This document shows positions 13,055-27,309 of a DNA stretch of 64,000 nucleotides, piece after piece (position 1 is the first letter of the stretch; every line of letters begins with the position of its first letter). The notes below the pieces were generated by a model that saw only the letters and a list, made by a program, of their open reading frames with translations, searched no databases and was not told where the DNA came from. This DNA comes from Vicugna vicugna (Eukaryota): the NCBI GenBank assembly GCA_013265495.1, contig MU058844.1:6261260-6325259 (forward strand), written 5' to 3'. The position numbers and the translations under genes are program-made.

Positions 13055-13416
13055 TGTAATGACAGACTAGGATTGTTCCCAATTATTCAGTGCCCTTCTC
13101 TGTGAGACAGTGATACTTTCCTGCCCCACTCATGGGAAGCTTGGGTATGTGACTCCCTCTGGGCCATTTAAAGGTCAGTGAGGGTGAGTGATGCAGAAAC
13201 CATCCACACAGATCCTTTTAGAGCCATCCCGTGATTCCTGCATCTCTTTTCTCTCCGCCATGAGACAAACACATACCAGAAGGGGTGGATCCTTCTGCCA
13301 GAAGGAAGAAAACAGGGAGCAGACCTGAAAAGAATCTACAATCCAAGCAAGAAATGGACCTTTGTTGTTATGAGCCATTAAGACTTTGGCAATGTTTGTT
13401 ACCACAGTATAACTTA
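13055..13416 (+). mobile_element. MaLR solo LTR (MLT1I/J-like)
   Basis: Starts 'tgtaatgacagac'; has 'cttgggtatgtgactccctctgggcca' and ends 'cctttgttgttatgagccattaagactttggcaatgtttgttaccacagtataact', typical of MLT1; adjoins an antisense MIR fragment at about 12975-13054. Confidence 0.7.
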
Positions 13417-13839
13417 TCAGAATGCACGTAGGTCTCTTGAACCCTCATTTTGCAGAGGGAATGTGTTAAGGATCAGTGGAATCCAGCACACTGGCCAGGG
13501 CAACACAGATAGGAAACAAAACAGCAAGGAAATGAATTCACAGTTCTCTGACTCTGTATCCCGTGTTCTACCGTACAGTATTGTAGGAGGTCTACATGCA
13601 TGCCCACTCATTATCCAGGTGATTCCTAATTCAATTAGATAACCAAACAGAATTATCTGTTATCAAACTGAATCATATAAATCTTCCTGGGTAGGGGCCC
13701 TTGCCAATGCTAGACCGCCATTTTGAGAAACTCCTTTGTTCTCTTTTATCTGCTTTTCTATTCTTTGTCATTTATCATCTGCCTATATTTCTTCCAAGAT
13801 TCATATACATATTTTCCAATACTTTCAGCATTCAAATCT

Positions 13840-14020
13840 CAACTCTTAACTGGTTTAATCCCTAGCCAGCCACATATTACCTCTCTTGCCTTGGATAAGT
13901 CACATAATCTCTATGAGCGGTGATTCTTGATGTATATCATGGGATAACACTACCTTTTCACAGGCTTTCTGTGAGAATAATCTGTGAAAAATGTAGTCAT
14001 AGTGCACATGACAAACATTT
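13840..14020 (+). mobile_element. MIR SINE
   Basis: 'ccttggataagtcacataatctctatgagc...gggataacactacctttcacaggctttctgtgagaataa'. Confidence 0.7.
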
Positions 14021-16759
14021 AAATCTTGTTTCTAGTAACCTCTCTCTCCTTCCAGTGAGGCGATATCTGTCTAGAACATATGGCAAAGAGTCATCCAAAG
14101 CTGGAGACATCAAATGTTCAAGTAACGTTTTTGAAATGAACCTAGCGAATAAAATAATTTGCTTGACCTTAATTTTCCTCAGTTTATACCTTTTAATTTC
14201 TAGTGATTTCCAAAGAGAGAAACTTGTTTTATTTTGTTTTGTTTTTCTAATGGGCTTTCTAGATTGTTTTACAACAGAAGTTAAGTTTGGCAATACTTTT
14301 TGTTTGTTTTTATTAAATCAGAACTATCGGATCCTCTATATTAGATTCATTGGGCATTATTATGTCCTTATTGCAACACATCCTGGAGCACAAGAAGCAA
14401 AATACTACAAAGTTTTTAGCTACAGCCTTCTTTTAATCTAATTATCACATGTAATGAAATGCCATTTATCTTTACATTGAATTTTGGATTAGTCATTATG
14501 TCTTGGATCATGTCAATAAACTTCTAATTTTATGAAAACCATAAAAAGAAAGGGTGGTAGATAATTCAAGTTCAAAACCTGGATTGAAATTAGGATTTGA
14601 AACCAGGATTCCATCAATTACTAGAACAACCTTGAGGCCCAATTTCCTTTCTGTTACATAGATAAAATAATCTATCTTTATTATACACACATACTTTTGA
14701 GTATCAAAGGAAAAAGTAGGAATTCAAATTGTTAGAGTGAAATTAAAGTACTGGGAATTTTTCCTGTTGCACCTAAGATAATTAAAAACAGCCTCCCCCC
14801 ACCGCCCCCAATACCCTATGTCATCTCAGCAGTTCAGCAAACTTCAGTCTTTTAAAAGTGTACTATATGTGCAAATAATAATGAAAATATATTTACATCT
14901 ATTTATATATGCCTAAAGGATACGTGTTTTTAATTTGCAAAAAAAGTGAATTGTTTTCTGCATTTACTTATGTGATTAATAAATTGATACAGGAATTACT
15001 TAATGATTTCAACTTACATGGAAAGATAAGAAAAGCTTTTTATGAATTAAGGGTATTTTAAAATATAATTGAGTAAAGGCAATCGCATATTACAACCCTC
15101 AGTCGCAAATATCACAATAAGAATAGCTGTTCTAACCCTTTAACTTGTAGGTCAATTTTTACCTTTTCACTCTAAGATGCACATCTTATGTTCAATTTCC
15201 TTTTCCACCCTCTGTCGAATTTAGTGTCCAGGTTATTTTCATTTCTGTAACTCATCACTATTCATCAGAAATTATTAGTGTTAGTATTTTCTGCTCAAAC
15301 AAATGTGAAACAAATTTAAAACCAAAGGAACTGATCTTGAAGTAATCCTAGAAGAAAACATGGTTTTCAAATTCTCCACAGCCTACACAATAAATTAGGC
15401 TGAGGACAGAGAGACTTTTTACAGAGAAACTCCACAACATATGTAGAAAATGTCTATTTTCGCCTGGGTGCTCATGTTTCTAGGTTGTTTTCCTCGAAAG
15501 TTAATAAAATACTTGATTTGATCTGAGCACTTTGAACAAATGGCAAATAACTGGGTACCAAATGCCTACTTGTCACTTCTTCCTGTATCACCAGATACTG
15601 TTAGCTCATTTCTGCATTATCTTTTTCACAGATTTGTAATAATGCATAATCAACATCTCTTCAGTGGTTGTTTTTCTTAACAATTTAACTTAAGTGGCTT
15701 CAAGTATAAAGTCGCCAGCAAAAAACCAAAATGTACTTTTGTTAGTGTTTGTTAGCGTTTACCAGGTTGGAATTCACCCTTTAAGTGTCACAGGACCTTG
15801 CCTCTGTGGTTGTTCAAAATAAAAGCCACAGAGTTCACAGTCCTGACTCACCCTGCTATCTGTCCATGGTCTTTGAAAGATGGCATATTTTCAAATATCC
15901 CAGACTGGCTCAAAATGCTGTCACATGTCACATCGGATTACCTTCGCCAGCTTGTGTTATATTACATCAAGGATGTGACTAACATCAACCACATGTAATG
16001 CAGCAGAGCAGTGCTGTCCGCCAGATAAATTTCAAAATGGCATGGTTTTTAGAAGCCAGGATTTAGACATTTCTGGTCATTAAGGGAAAAAAAAATCTTT
16101 AAATTATTTTAAAAGAGATTTCAATTTTTTTCATTCTCACTTTCAAAGGAGTTTGCAGTTGTAGGCAAATTACAACTTGCTGAATGAGCATTTCAAATCA
16201 AAGTTAAGCAGCAAAGAAACTCTAAGGTTTATATCAAGAGCATTCTGTAGTACAAATAATCAAGTGAAAGTTAACTGCAAGTACTTTAGGAAAGTCAAGT
16301 ACTTGTGTATTCAACTGAATATGTGTAAATGAAAAAAATGACTTTAATGAAAAAAAGGACAAATGTTGTACAAGTTAAATGTACTTCAGGCTCCACTAGT
16401 TTCATTTTTTTAAATGATTGTATATTTGCATGTTTTTTAAGGAATGAAAGGGATAGTTACTCACAAAATAATCAGAACAATAACACAAGTATTTCTAACA
16501 TGCATAATCTAAATTTATGCAAATCAGTTAATAAAAACTATATATTGAAAATACTGTCAATAGAACCATGTAACTAATGAATGTTACTCTTCAGGTTTCA
16601 ACAGAGTCCTAATATTCAACCAACCTTCAAGGATACTGAGACACTGTGGAGTCATCAGAGTTCATTGTCAATAACGGGACCAAAAATTCAAATGAGAAAG
16701 ATTCCGGTCAGATCAACGCCTGTGTAAATACTGGAAGTACAGTCTAACCCTGCCTTTTC

Positions 16760-16887
16760 TAAAAATGGGATCAGCAAGAACATTGTCTCTCAGGCTGCGG
16801 ATTCTCTCAACATTCCACAATGCACAGTACGCCCTGCACAAGGAATTCCTGGCCTAAAATGCCAACAGTGCCAAGGTCAAGAAACTG
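16760..16887 (+). mobile_element. MER20 fragment
   Basis: 'cattccacaatgcacagtacgccctgcacaaggaattcctggcctaaaatgccaacagtgccaaggtcaagaaactg' matches the MER20 3' half. Confidence 0.7.
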
Positions 16888-16944
16888 ATTTAAGGTTCAT
16901 TGATACCACCTATATGACTATGCATTAGTATTTTTACTATAAAT

Positions 16945-17725
16945 AGCTCCTTTGAATCTTGGATCTGTACATCCAAATGTCTTTATGACCTCAGCACCTG
17001 CATGTCCTCAAGCTCGATTTGTCACGAACGAATCTTAAGTTCTCTCCTATGGTCCTCAACCCCAGTCATAAGTGGCATTACTACCCACGACCTGGGGTCA
17101 CAAGCCAGACACCAAAGTCACCTTCATGTCTCTCTCATCCACATGCCCAAACCATTACTGAGTTTTACCATTTCTACAGTCTTACTGTCCTCAAATATAT
17201 CAATTTCTCTCTACTCTAGTGCCAAAAAACCTTGTGTGAGCTATCGGCATTTCTTAAGCTTTGATAGCCTACTAAGTGGACTCACCACATCCACTCTAAG
17301 ACTTTTCCAGTCCCTTCACCAAAATTCATCTAAAGCGATGTTTTGAAAGCTCAGATCTCATCATGTATTCCTACTTTCTAACTTGGGCAGATTTCCAATA
17401 AACAGATGAAGGTTCTTTCTGTTCTGCTCCCTGCTGCTACCTCAGCGTCATTCCAAGCCACCCCACACCCTCATTCTCAGCAGAGCAGCCTTCACTGCAC
17501 CCTTCCCTCACCATCCCTTTTATCCAATGTCTTCTTCATTCTCAAGTCCAGCTTTTTGGAGCATATCTTCATGTATTTTTCTGAACAAAGACAGATACTC
17601 TACTTTCCATGTAACTACACATATAAACATGACTTATACATAAGTCCAGTGATCAGATTCTTGACCACAACATTTTTTTTTCTCTTATATTTTTTCCCCC
17701 TCTGGCATTTAGTGCTACAGAGAGG
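16945..17725 (+). mobile_element. L2 LINE relic
   Basis: 'catccaaatgtc...cctcagcacctgcatgtcc...atagcctactaagtggactcacc...gatgttttgaaagctcagatctcatcatg' follows the L2 3' region. Confidence 0.7.
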
Positions 17726-17869
17726 TCTGAGGTCAGTACTTTTTTTTTTTTGTAGGTTAACTTTTATTTTTTCCTGTTTCTTTGGTTTCTTTTAAGAATT
17801 AAGTGTAATTAAAAATACTTTTACAATATATGTCTCATTGTAGGTCTTTTCTAATACTAAAAATGATGA

Positions 17870-18040
17870 TAATAATGAGTATTATTATTAATTAAGCCCT
17901 TAATATGAGCTAAGGGCTTTACATATAGCATTTAACCTTCACAATTACCATGTGAGCTGATTACTATTATAACCCCCATTTTACAAATAGGAACATTGAA
18001 CAATAGAAAGTTGGGTAATATTCCCAAGGTTGTACAAATT
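17870..18040 (-). mobile_element. MIR SINE
   Basis: 'tttaaccttcacaattaccatgtgag...cccattttacaaataggaacattgaa...ttcccaaggt'. Confidence 0.75.
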
Positions 18041-18044
18041 GAGC

Positions 18045-18355
18045 TTAGACAAGACCATATGACTGGCTCTTACTAAAAGAATGGTGCTAAAAGTGATTTG
18101 TCAGTCTGGGGACAAGACCAAAAAGGTCTTTGTTTTCTCCACCCTTTCTTTCACCAACTCATCAACTAGAAGTTGATACCTGGGTGACTCTGGAAGGCAC
18201 TGTCAAATATGACAGAGCCTCCGTCAACCTGGGTCCTTGACTGTCCTGAATGGAACAGACACCCTCCTCAATCTCAGTCGGAAATACCCACATTGGATTG
18301 TTAGGCCAGTGAAATATAAATTATGCTAAGCTACTAAAATTTTGTGGTTTGTTTT
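18045..18355 (+). mobile_element. MaLR LTR fragment (MLT1J-like)
   Basis: 'gacagagcctccgtcaacctgggtccttgactg...tggaacaga...taagctactaaaattttgtggtttgttt'. Confidence 0.6.
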
Positions 18356-19323
18356 TGTGTTTCTTTCTTAACATTTACTAATGCACTCAAAGATTAAAAG
18401 CTACACATTTAAACTCTTCTAAATAATGTATTCAGGGAATGTTATTTTAGTGTATGTTAAAAGAAAATACAGTTTATTTCATGTACAAAATTAATTCTGA
18501 TGTATTGACATTGGTAAGACATCTGTTCTAAATGGTTTTCCTAGTGATAGTATGGATATAGCGATACAAAGTCTCAACTATAAAAATTACAAGTGCAAAA
18601 TGAATAAGTATATTCATAGCTAATTATGTGAAAGTCAAAATTTTATTGAGAGGTTGATTGGATAAAATATTTCTATATACAGTGCACCCTTTGCAATATT
18701 TAAAAGTATACTATTTTTTAATGAAAACTTTAGAATGCTTAAATCCTCTAACCTCAATTTCAGTTTTGGTGACCTATTCTAAACAAATTATGCTAATCAC
18801 ATTAAAAAGTTATGCACAAAAATATTTCAGTTGTATGACTGGTTCATGTGAACATTGGAAAGAAACCACGTGTCTAGAGAAAGGCATATATTAGAAAAAT
18901 TATGGCACATTTTTTGTTTAAGCATTATTCAGAAATTTTATTTATTGCTCAGTAGAATAATATAATACAAAGACAACAAACTTACAGGACAATGAAAATG
19001 TGTGCAAAAGTGGAGGCTTGGTAAAATCATGTGGTATCTATGTATTAGATTGTGTCAAGATATCTTTACCTACCTATTTATCTATCTCTATATATCTGAT
19101 GTATATATTTACATTTATATCTATAACCCAAGATTTACCCTCACAGCTTTTCCTTTTATTTCCCTTTTATTATATTTTCTAAAATATTTATAATTATCTG
19201 TATCATTATTTGAAAGGATAGATATGTGAAACAGTTGTAAGAATCCTATCACCGGTTTTATTTTAAGGATAGTGTTGAGGATCTATTTTTATTACATCAT
19301 AAAGTGCCCTCTTTTCTAGGACT

Positions 19324-19341
19324 CACACACACACACACACA
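19324..19341. repeat. (CA)n microsatellite
   Basis: cacacacacacacacaca. Confidence 0.9.
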
Positions 19342-19624
19342 AATCTCCAATTCCAGGCACAGCTGAAATGCTCCAAGGCGAGAATTTAATTTTCATCTGA
19401 GACTATGATATCAAGTAACTGATGGTCTCCACTTTGGCAACTAAGAAGCTGAGAACCAAAATTGAGGCTTGCTTCTGGCTTCTGTGTGCAGATTTTGTGG
19501 CACTTGGTTTATGGTCTAACTTCCACCTGGCACTTTCTCACTTTTAATCTTTGTTTTACTTTCTCCCATTTTGGTTGCCTATTTTCACTTAATTTTGCAT
19601 AAGGCTAGTGTTGCATCTTAGTAG

Positions 19625-19860
19625 TACCTAAAGCCCACTGCACTTATCGCATGCCAGGACTGTTTTGAGTAGGTAAGATCTGAACTGAATCTTCCTAATT
19701 GCCCAAAGAGAGGTATGCAATTACGGTGGTATCTACATTGCCCAAATAAGAAAACTATGGCAGGGAAGAACAAAGTCATTTGACCAAGTTCACACAAGCT
19801 AATAAGCAAGACGGCAAATCTAGGCAGACTAGCTTCGGATTTAAATCTCGCAACCTCTAT
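19625..19860 (-). mobile_element. MIR SINE
   Basis: 'aaataagaaaactatggcaggga...tttgaccaagttcacacaagctaataag'. Confidence 0.65.
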
Positions 19861-19996
19861 GCTTGTCTTAGTAAGTCACCTTAAATCCTTTCTGAAGCCA
19901 ACTGAAATGCAAACAAATAGTCAAATATATAGATTTTGGAATGGAGAAAATTATTTTTTTAGAAACTAGAAAACCGCCACATCTTAAAATGAGAAT

Positions 19997-20903
19997 CCAT
20001 AGCAAAGGAAACCATCAACGAAAGGAAAAGGCAACCTACCAAATGGGAGAAAATATTTGCAAATCATATTTCTAAAAAAAGAAGCTAATATCTAAAACAT
20101 ATAAAGCAGGCATATAACTCAATAGCAAAAAAAAAATGCAATTAAAAATGGACAGAGGATCTGAATAGACAATTTTTCCAAAAAGACATACAAATGGCAT
20201 ACAGGTACATGAAAAGGTGCTCAACATCATTAATCATCAGGAAAATGAGGCATCACCATACATTTGTTGGAATGGCTTTTATCCAAAAGACAAGAAATAG
20301 CAAGCAATGAAGACCCTGAAGAAAAGGGAAATCATGTGCACTGTTGGTGGGAATTTAAATTGGCGCAGCTACTATGGAAAACAGTATGAAAAGTTCCTCA
20401 AAACTTTAAAGTAGAACTACCGTATGATCCAGCAATTCCACTGGGAGTATTTATCCAAAAAAAAAAAAAAAGCAAGTGAAAAACCACATTCACCCTTGTA
20501 TTCATCGCAACATTATTTACAATAGCCAATACGTGGAAACAACCTAACTGTCCACCAACAGATGAATAGATAAAGAAGATATGATGCTTATATATAATGG
20601 AGTATTATTCAACCATAAACAAGAGTGAAATCTGGCCATTTGTGACATATATGAACCTTGAGGGCATTATGCTAAGTGTAAATAAGTCAGACAGAGAACA
20701 ACAAATAGTATGATCTCACTTATATGTGGAATCTAAAAAAAAAAACAAACAAACGAGTTCATAGATTCAGAAAACAAATTGGTGGTTGGGGAGTGGGGAG
20801 AGTGGTGGGGAATCATTTTGCAACAGATACAAACATCAAATCATTATATTGTATACCTGAAATTACTATAATGTTACATGTTAATTATATCTCAATTTAA
20901 AAA
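19997..20903 (+). mobile_element. 5'-truncated L1 (ORF2 C-terminus plus 3' UTR; L1MA/L1MB-like age)
   Basis: 'agcaaaggaaaccatcaac...aggcaacctaccaaatgggagaaaatatttgcaaatcat', 'atgatccagcaattccact', 'tggaaacaacctaa', 'attatgctaagtg..ataagtcagacagag', ending 'aattatatctcaattt aaaa'. Confidence 0.92.
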
Positions 20904-20909
20904 GACAAA

Positions 20910-21375
20910 ATGCACTTGACTTACATATGGCTGAGAAGTCCACAGGATGGATCCAAAGCTGTAATTGGATTCAGGTGTTTGACCAAAATCACCAAGCATC
21001 TCTCTGTCTCTTGAGTCTGCTTTTTCCTCTGGTTTCATTCTCAGGCAGGGTCCACCGCCCTTAGAATGGCAAAGATGGTTACTGGAAACGCCAGACGCTC
21101 TTGGCCCTTGGTGATTGCCCTCTCAGCAGGAGGAGCAGCCTTTCCCTGGACAATAAAAGCCCTGGGGAAGGCTCTCATTGGTCAGTGTGGGATCACGTGT
21201 CATCCCTGGACCAGTCATTATAGACTCTCATTGGCAGGGCCAGGGTCTGGGACCCACCCTTAAACCTAGAGTGAGGGGTGGGATTAGTCCCACTTAACCA
21301 CAAAGACTGTTAATTGAGAAAGAGTGGGTTTTAAGGAAGAAAAAGGATGCAGAGACAGTAAAACCACAGATGTGC
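20910..21375 (-). mobile_element. MaLR LTR (MLT1K/L-like)
   Basis: 'tttcattctcaggcagg...atggcaaagatggttactgg...ctctcattggtcagtgtgggatcacgtgtcatccctggaccagtca' fits the antisense old MLT1 pattern. Confidence 0.6.
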
Positions 21376-21649
21376 ATCATTAACACCTCAAGCCTAACTA
21401 GCCTACTCCTACTTAACATTTCCGAAAAAAATAAAATAAAAATAAAGTGAGAATCTCACTGGTAATCCAACTGCCTATGATGTCATATTTATTTTCAGCT
21501 AAGATTTATTTACTCTTTCCCTTTTGCAAAAGCAGAAAAGAGGTTGGAATACATCCAATTCTTAAGAACTTGCTGTACGGAAATTGAAACGTCAGCTTTC
21601 TTCTTTAAATAGAGTGACTTAAACCACTTCTTTTTAAGCTGTATTTACA

Positions 21650-21795
21650 TTAAGCAAAATCACCTCAGTTATCCTGTTGAAGTGCAGATTATGATTCAAT
21701 AGGTCTGAGATTTGCTCCCTGTGATTCTGCATCTGTAACAAGCGCCCAAGTGATACAGGTGTTGGTGATTGATAGCCACACGAGAGTAGCAAGGT
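21650..21795. mobile_element. MER5-family DNA transposon
   Basis: 'aatcacct...tgcagatt.tgattcaataggtctg...ttctgcatctgtaacaagcgcccaagtgat...ccacacgagagtagcaagg'. Confidence 0.65.
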
Positions 21796-22204
21796 TTTAA
21801 ACACGTGAACTAGGCTTTGACTAAAATTGTGGCACTATTTAAATTGATTACACCTGAAAGACTTAATGATGCTTTCAAAAGTTCTTAATTTATGGTCCAA
21901 GAATACTTTAGGGAACAGGAGACTCTAACTGTAAAACACATGAATAGCCACACTGAGAAACAGATAGAAGTGTTCTTTTATTGTGTACTTAGATTTAATT
22001 TATCCTCCCCCCAATCAATTATTTTAATCAAAGATATGCCTTGACTTGAAAACTACGGTTCTTAGAATCCATGAACCCCTTTCTTGGACAATGCATAAGA
22101 CCTAGGAAGCTTTGCATGAAGAATCTTTTCAGTAGATGTGTTCAATTTATTTGTCTAAAATGGAATAGTGGTTAATTTTTATTTATTTACATCTTTACTT
22201 TTAG

Positions 22205-22420
22205 TGGAGAAGGCAAGGCACAGATCCTGGACACAAATAGCCTGGATTCAAGTCTCAGCTCCTCTGCTTAGTAGCTGTGATACTTAGGACAAGTCATCAC
22301 ACAGCCGCCATTTTCTCATCTGTAAATTGCGAATACTATTATTATCTGCCTCAAATGTATTTTGTGAAGATTAAAAGAGTTAATAAAAATAAAACTGGTT
22401 AGGACAGTCTGGGAGTTTAT
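22205..22420 (+). mobile_element. MIR SINE
   Basis: 'cctggattcaagtctcagctcctctgcttagtagctgtgatacttaggacaagtca...ttctcatctgtaaa...gtgaagattaaaagagttaata'. Confidence 0.85.
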
Positions 22421-24693
22421 CACCACTATATGTGATATTATTTATTTGTCTCCTTGCAGTTAAAAGATCATTTCCAGATGCTTGATACTAGATGGTAATT
22501 AAGAAACAGTTGATTGGCGTAAGCTCAGTTTAAGAACACATGGTCACATCGAAGCTAGAGAATTGGCTCTTATCTTTTGCCAATTATAAATTACAGTGGA
22601 GGTTACTGCTTAAACTAGTATTCACAGCAGGGGAAAACAGTTAGCAAAACCTGCAGTTAGGGTTTTGTTTATACTTCCACTGGGAGGGGTGGTTTGTTAG
22701 TTTAAAAGAGACCTTCCGCGTTGATGACAGGTGTCAGCACATCCAGGCTTTGGCGGTGCTTGAATACCTGCTGTGAGATGCCAGACGCAAGAAAAGCAAG
22801 CCTAATTGTTTTAATTCAAACATAGCTTCATTTACAGCTGTGTTGATTGCTTTACCCTAGGCTGAGCACTTTATGTGCGACAAGACTTTAAAATCTACCT
22901 TTTTAACAGCATGAATAATTTAACCTAAATCCGTGATTTTTGTTGCTTTTTTGCCTCTGAAAAATAATCTCACCTTTAATAATTTAACACCAACAGATGT
23001 ATGATATTCCTCTCATATTAATAAAGCATGAGTTTAATTTTATATTTGAAAGAAACTAGTATGTCTATGTGCTTGTGGTCGTGATCAGAACCTTTTTAAA
23101 GCTGAAGAATTCAGGAATAAATAAATCAGACTGGGGTAGGAGTACATTAAAAAATATTGCCAAAAATGGGCTAAGAAATTGATGCCATCCTAGATTCCCT
23201 CACAGGTAGCCTAGATTCTTGGATGTGAGTGAAAGGATGGATTTGATACCTACCTTCGTGAAAAAGGAAGCTACGCTGTGGTATTTTCAGATGCCCTGAT
23301 TTCTGTAAAATCACCAAAAAGTCACTATAGGGGAATGAATATCCTTAAAGTGACCTTACGAATACATACACACTTATATTCCCTTTATTATTTCCTAATA
23401 CATTTAAGATATTTAATATATTTGGAGTTTTTTAAATAACTGGCTCCTCAGGATTTAACTCCAAATAACAAAAACACCCAAATATTTTGGACTTTATGAT
23501 ACTGGTACAAGCTATTAGTTACTGCTACTATTTATTGAATGGCTAGAAATAAAAAAATTAGAGTGAAAAAAATTGATACACGTAACACGTGTGCCAAACT
23601 ACTATCCCTTTTTCTTTTTTAACTTTCAAAAAAATGTCTTTTTTATCAACTTCAAAACTTTGAGACTCTTAGCTCAGGCTATAATAAAATAAACAACCTA
23701 GGGTTGTCTTCCCTGTCGAAGTTAATTTGAATCAGAACAGAGTATTTACCTTTTCTTCGAGTTTGTGTGATTCAAGGTTAGTCTATTTTGGAAAGACTGA
23801 GTGAGGCAAACCTAATCCTTTTCTGAAGCTCATTAATTGGAAGCAGGACCACACTGCAACAGCCTCTTCTAAACTGAAAGGACAAATTAAGAATTTAAAT
23901 GAGGTGGAAACGAAACAAGAGTCTCCTAGTGGCTTCTGTTTATACAGTTACACTCTAAATATAAAGCTGACACCGTTTGTGTTAAGTTTCACTAGTTAAC
24001 TGATAAGCTGGGGCAGAGAGGACATTAGCACTCTGGGTAGTCTTGTCAGTCACTCTGAGAGAGCTCATAAATAATGTATGAGGACTTCGATTTTATTGGC
24101 AAAACCCTTTCCTTTTAAATCCATGGATGAATGGATAGGTGGATGGTAAAACAGATAAATACATGGGTTAACTATTTCCTTTAATTACTCTTCAGTATTG
24201 CTCTCAGATCTTAAAGATTTAAAATATTATTTAAGCTTCTCCAAGCGAATGGATATATACTGACATTCTGTACTGTTTCTACAAAGATCTGGAATGTATA
24301 ACATTCCTCGTAACTGTGCAATTGACCACAATGTCACAATCTTGTGCTCTTTCAGCCGTCTCCACAATGAAAACCAAATTGCAGATTAAACTGAGGTAGA
24401 TAATGAAATTCTTGCACTAGTATTTTAAGCCTTGTCTAGATTTTCAAAGCTCTCCCTTAACCATCAAACATTCTTTCATCAGTTATAACTGACCAGTAAA
24501 TCTCTCAAACGCATGAGTTAGTTAGTTACAAAATGACTTTTTGGCATGTGTCAGCAATAGAAAAGAATAATTCCAGTGCAAAGCACCTATATTCAGTATA
24601 TATTTTGATACTGAAAAGCACCAGTATCTTGTATGCTGAGGCGCCTTGAGAACAGCTAGGAAGCATAAGAGAAAAACCCAGTTCTTCTGAGGA

Positions 24694-24870
24694 AGCAGCA
24701 TGGTACCGGAGAAGGAGCTTGGGTCCGAGTCATGGCACCTGGAATCTAATCCCTGCTCTGCTCCAGCCAGCTGGAGGCACACTGGCAAGCAGCTGCGGCC
24801 ACCCGGGCCCCGCTGCTTCGTGTTAAAAATTAGGGTGTTAGATTGTTAGATGCTCTCTTTTGTCCTTTCT
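24694..24870 (+). mobile_element. MIR (MIR3/MIRc-like) fragment
   Basis: 'agcagcatggtaccggagaaggagcttgggtccgagtcatggcacctggaatctaatccctgctctgc'. Confidence 0.55.
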
Positions 24871-25159
24871 ACTTTGATTCCATGAGATATTTGAATGACT
24901 TAGGCATAAACAGAGCATTCAGAGTCACAGCCTTCAGATCTGGAAGGCCCGCTTGCCCTCCCTTTATACTTACTCCCAAAATTCCCAAAAGACTAGTCTG
25001 GACAAACTAGCTCCAAATCCGCCCTCTCCCGCCATCTTCAGTCCCTCTCAGCGGGAGCATAATGTAGACTCTATAAATGGTATGCAATATTGTGCAAGGC
25101 TGTGATACATGCTTACATGTGTTTTAGGGAATGAGAGCCAAAGAGTATCATTAGATTTT

Positions 25160-25465
25160 CAAAATGTGGGTTGTTTCCAGTTTGGGGCTATTGAAATAAA
25201 GCTGCTCTGGACATTCATGTACAAGTGTTTGTATGGACCTACCCCTGAGTAACCATTTAGCAGTGGAATGGCCAGGTCATTTCTAAGCATATGTTTAACT
25301 ATATAAGAAATTGTCAAAGTATTTTCCAAAGTTTTTGTACTACAATCCAGTCCTACCAGCAGCTTATGGGAGTTCTGTTCTTTCACACCCTGGCCTCGAC
25401 GGACTTGCTTTGGTTAGGTTTTTTTTGTTTTTTTGCTTTTTTAATTTTACTCATTCTAGTAGGGA
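25160..25465 (-). mobile_element. Old L1 ORF2 C-terminal fragment
   Basis: ORF 25159..25386 retains L1 ORF2 motifs 'DLAIPLL' and 'IAPNWKQP'. Confidence 0.85.
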
Positions 25466-25507
25466 GTTCATCTTTGAATTTTATTTTATTTACTTATTGA
25501 TTTTTAC

Positions 25508-25734
25508 CAAGTAAAGTAAGTCAGAGGAAGACAAATATATGACATCGCTTATATGTGGAATCTGAAAAAAATGATACAAGTGAACTTATTTACAAAACAG
25601 AAACAGACTCACAGACAGAAAACAAATTTACAGATTACATTACCAAAGCGGAAAGAGGGGGAGGGATAAATGAGGAGTTTGGGATTAACAGATACAAACT
25701 ATTATATATAAAATAGATGAACAACAAGGTCCTA
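25508..25734 (+). mobile_element. Lineage-specific L1 3' UTR fragment lacking its tail
   Basis: 'aagtaagtcagaggaagacaaata...cttatatgtggaatct...gaacttatttacaaaacagaaacagactcacagac...aacaacaaggtcct'; homologous to the reverse complement of about 51460-51690. Confidence 0.85.
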
Positions 25735-27309
25735 AACCAACACCTAAAGGTGTATCACCTTTAATTTTGAAACACTGATGTGCCAGGCATTGGCAGCAGG
25801 AATACAAAGTTTAATAATATATACCCCTTCTTTCACAGATGTGGCAGCAAATGAGAAAACGAGTAAACATAATTTTAGTATGTGGCAAATCCTTTCATAT
25901 AGGTATGTAGAAATTCTTTTAGGAACACAGGGAAGTGAAGTCAAAGAAAGTTTAGCGAAGACTTTTAGAGATTTACTATTTGAAAGATACCTTGACTAAC
26001 ACAGCCAGAAAAAAGGAAAAGAAAAAACAAGGGCATAAAAGATCATGGCAGTTACAGAGACAAGGAAAGGTGTGTGTGGATAGTGCATGAGGGGTGGGAA
26101 CAACGTTTGCAAGAAGGGTATGCAGCAGATTTTTAAAGTTTTCTGCCGTGCCAAGCAGGTCAGATATCTTGAGTCTGGGGACAGGCATCTCCAGATCTGT
26201 GCTTTTGAAAACATAAAGCAAAGCTCTGAAAAATGAGCTGGATGGAAGAGAGACACTTAGGAAGCTAATCAAAAGAAAATGATGAGGGTCTACATTTATG
26301 CTTTAGTTTCCTAATAAAGAAAAATTCAACATGATATATTTTTTAGAAATAAAAATATATATATATAATAAAAAGACTCTCTCTCTTTCTCTCTTGCTCA
26401 TAAAGACACTGATTTCCCAAAGGACCACATTCTTTATTATACACTTAGGATGGAATCCTCTTAGAATGAAAGTTTTTGAATCCTTAGCATCCATTTATTC
26501 TCTTAAGAGATTTCAACTGCTATTTAGTCTTTTAATAAAGGAAAACCCACAAAACTCAAAACTCCTAGCACAAGTCTTTAGAGAGCTGACAGAGGGTTTT
26601 CATTAGATTACATACGTCTTACCATCCAGCACCACATTCTCTTTGGTAACCCCATTAAGTAGGAATAATTATTCTTGCAGTATATTTGAGAGTTCCACAG
26701 GGCAAAAGCCACAGCATATGGTTTTGACTCTGATCACGCCTCTTAACAACAACAAAAAAAAGTTTAAGTGGTGTATGGTATAAATTTATAAGTAATATTA
26801 CTGCCTGGGGTATATAAAAATTCTAATATTTATGACTAAAAATTGCAAAAGGCCCTTTCCACAAATTTTATTTTTCCATAAGAATGAGCAGTAATTTCAC
26901 AGTATAATAAAATGGCTACATGTATGTATTTCCAATCCATCTCACTACGTCCCTTATACTAGCACAAGCTAAGACATTATTTCAACTCTTCATTATGTGC
27001 ATTCTGAAGTATGTCATAAACATAATCCTAGAAATGTTTCCCACACATTAAGTAGGATATGTTGGCCTACAGCAACGATTACTAACCAGTTTTGGTATAA
27101 AAAAGAATACTTGTGTCCTTTTACTTACAAAAAACTGAACAAGGCTTCAAGGAGCAATTGTATTTTACCTGTTTATTAATGGATTTACTCAACAAATATT
27201 TACTAAATTTCTACAACGTGCAAGACATAGTTGTTAGCCAGATAGGCCCAACCCCTAACTTCTTAATGCATCCATTCTTAATTTCTTCTTTGACGCGCTT
27301 TCTAGTATT

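Noticed and set aside
13920..14441. Longest ORF (173 aa)
   Set aside because: Starts inside a MIR, has low-complexity F/L/I-rich translation of AT-rich DNA, and shows no recognisable domain
17002..17795. ORFs of 114 and 129 aa
   Set aside because: They lie within a decayed L2; chance open frames
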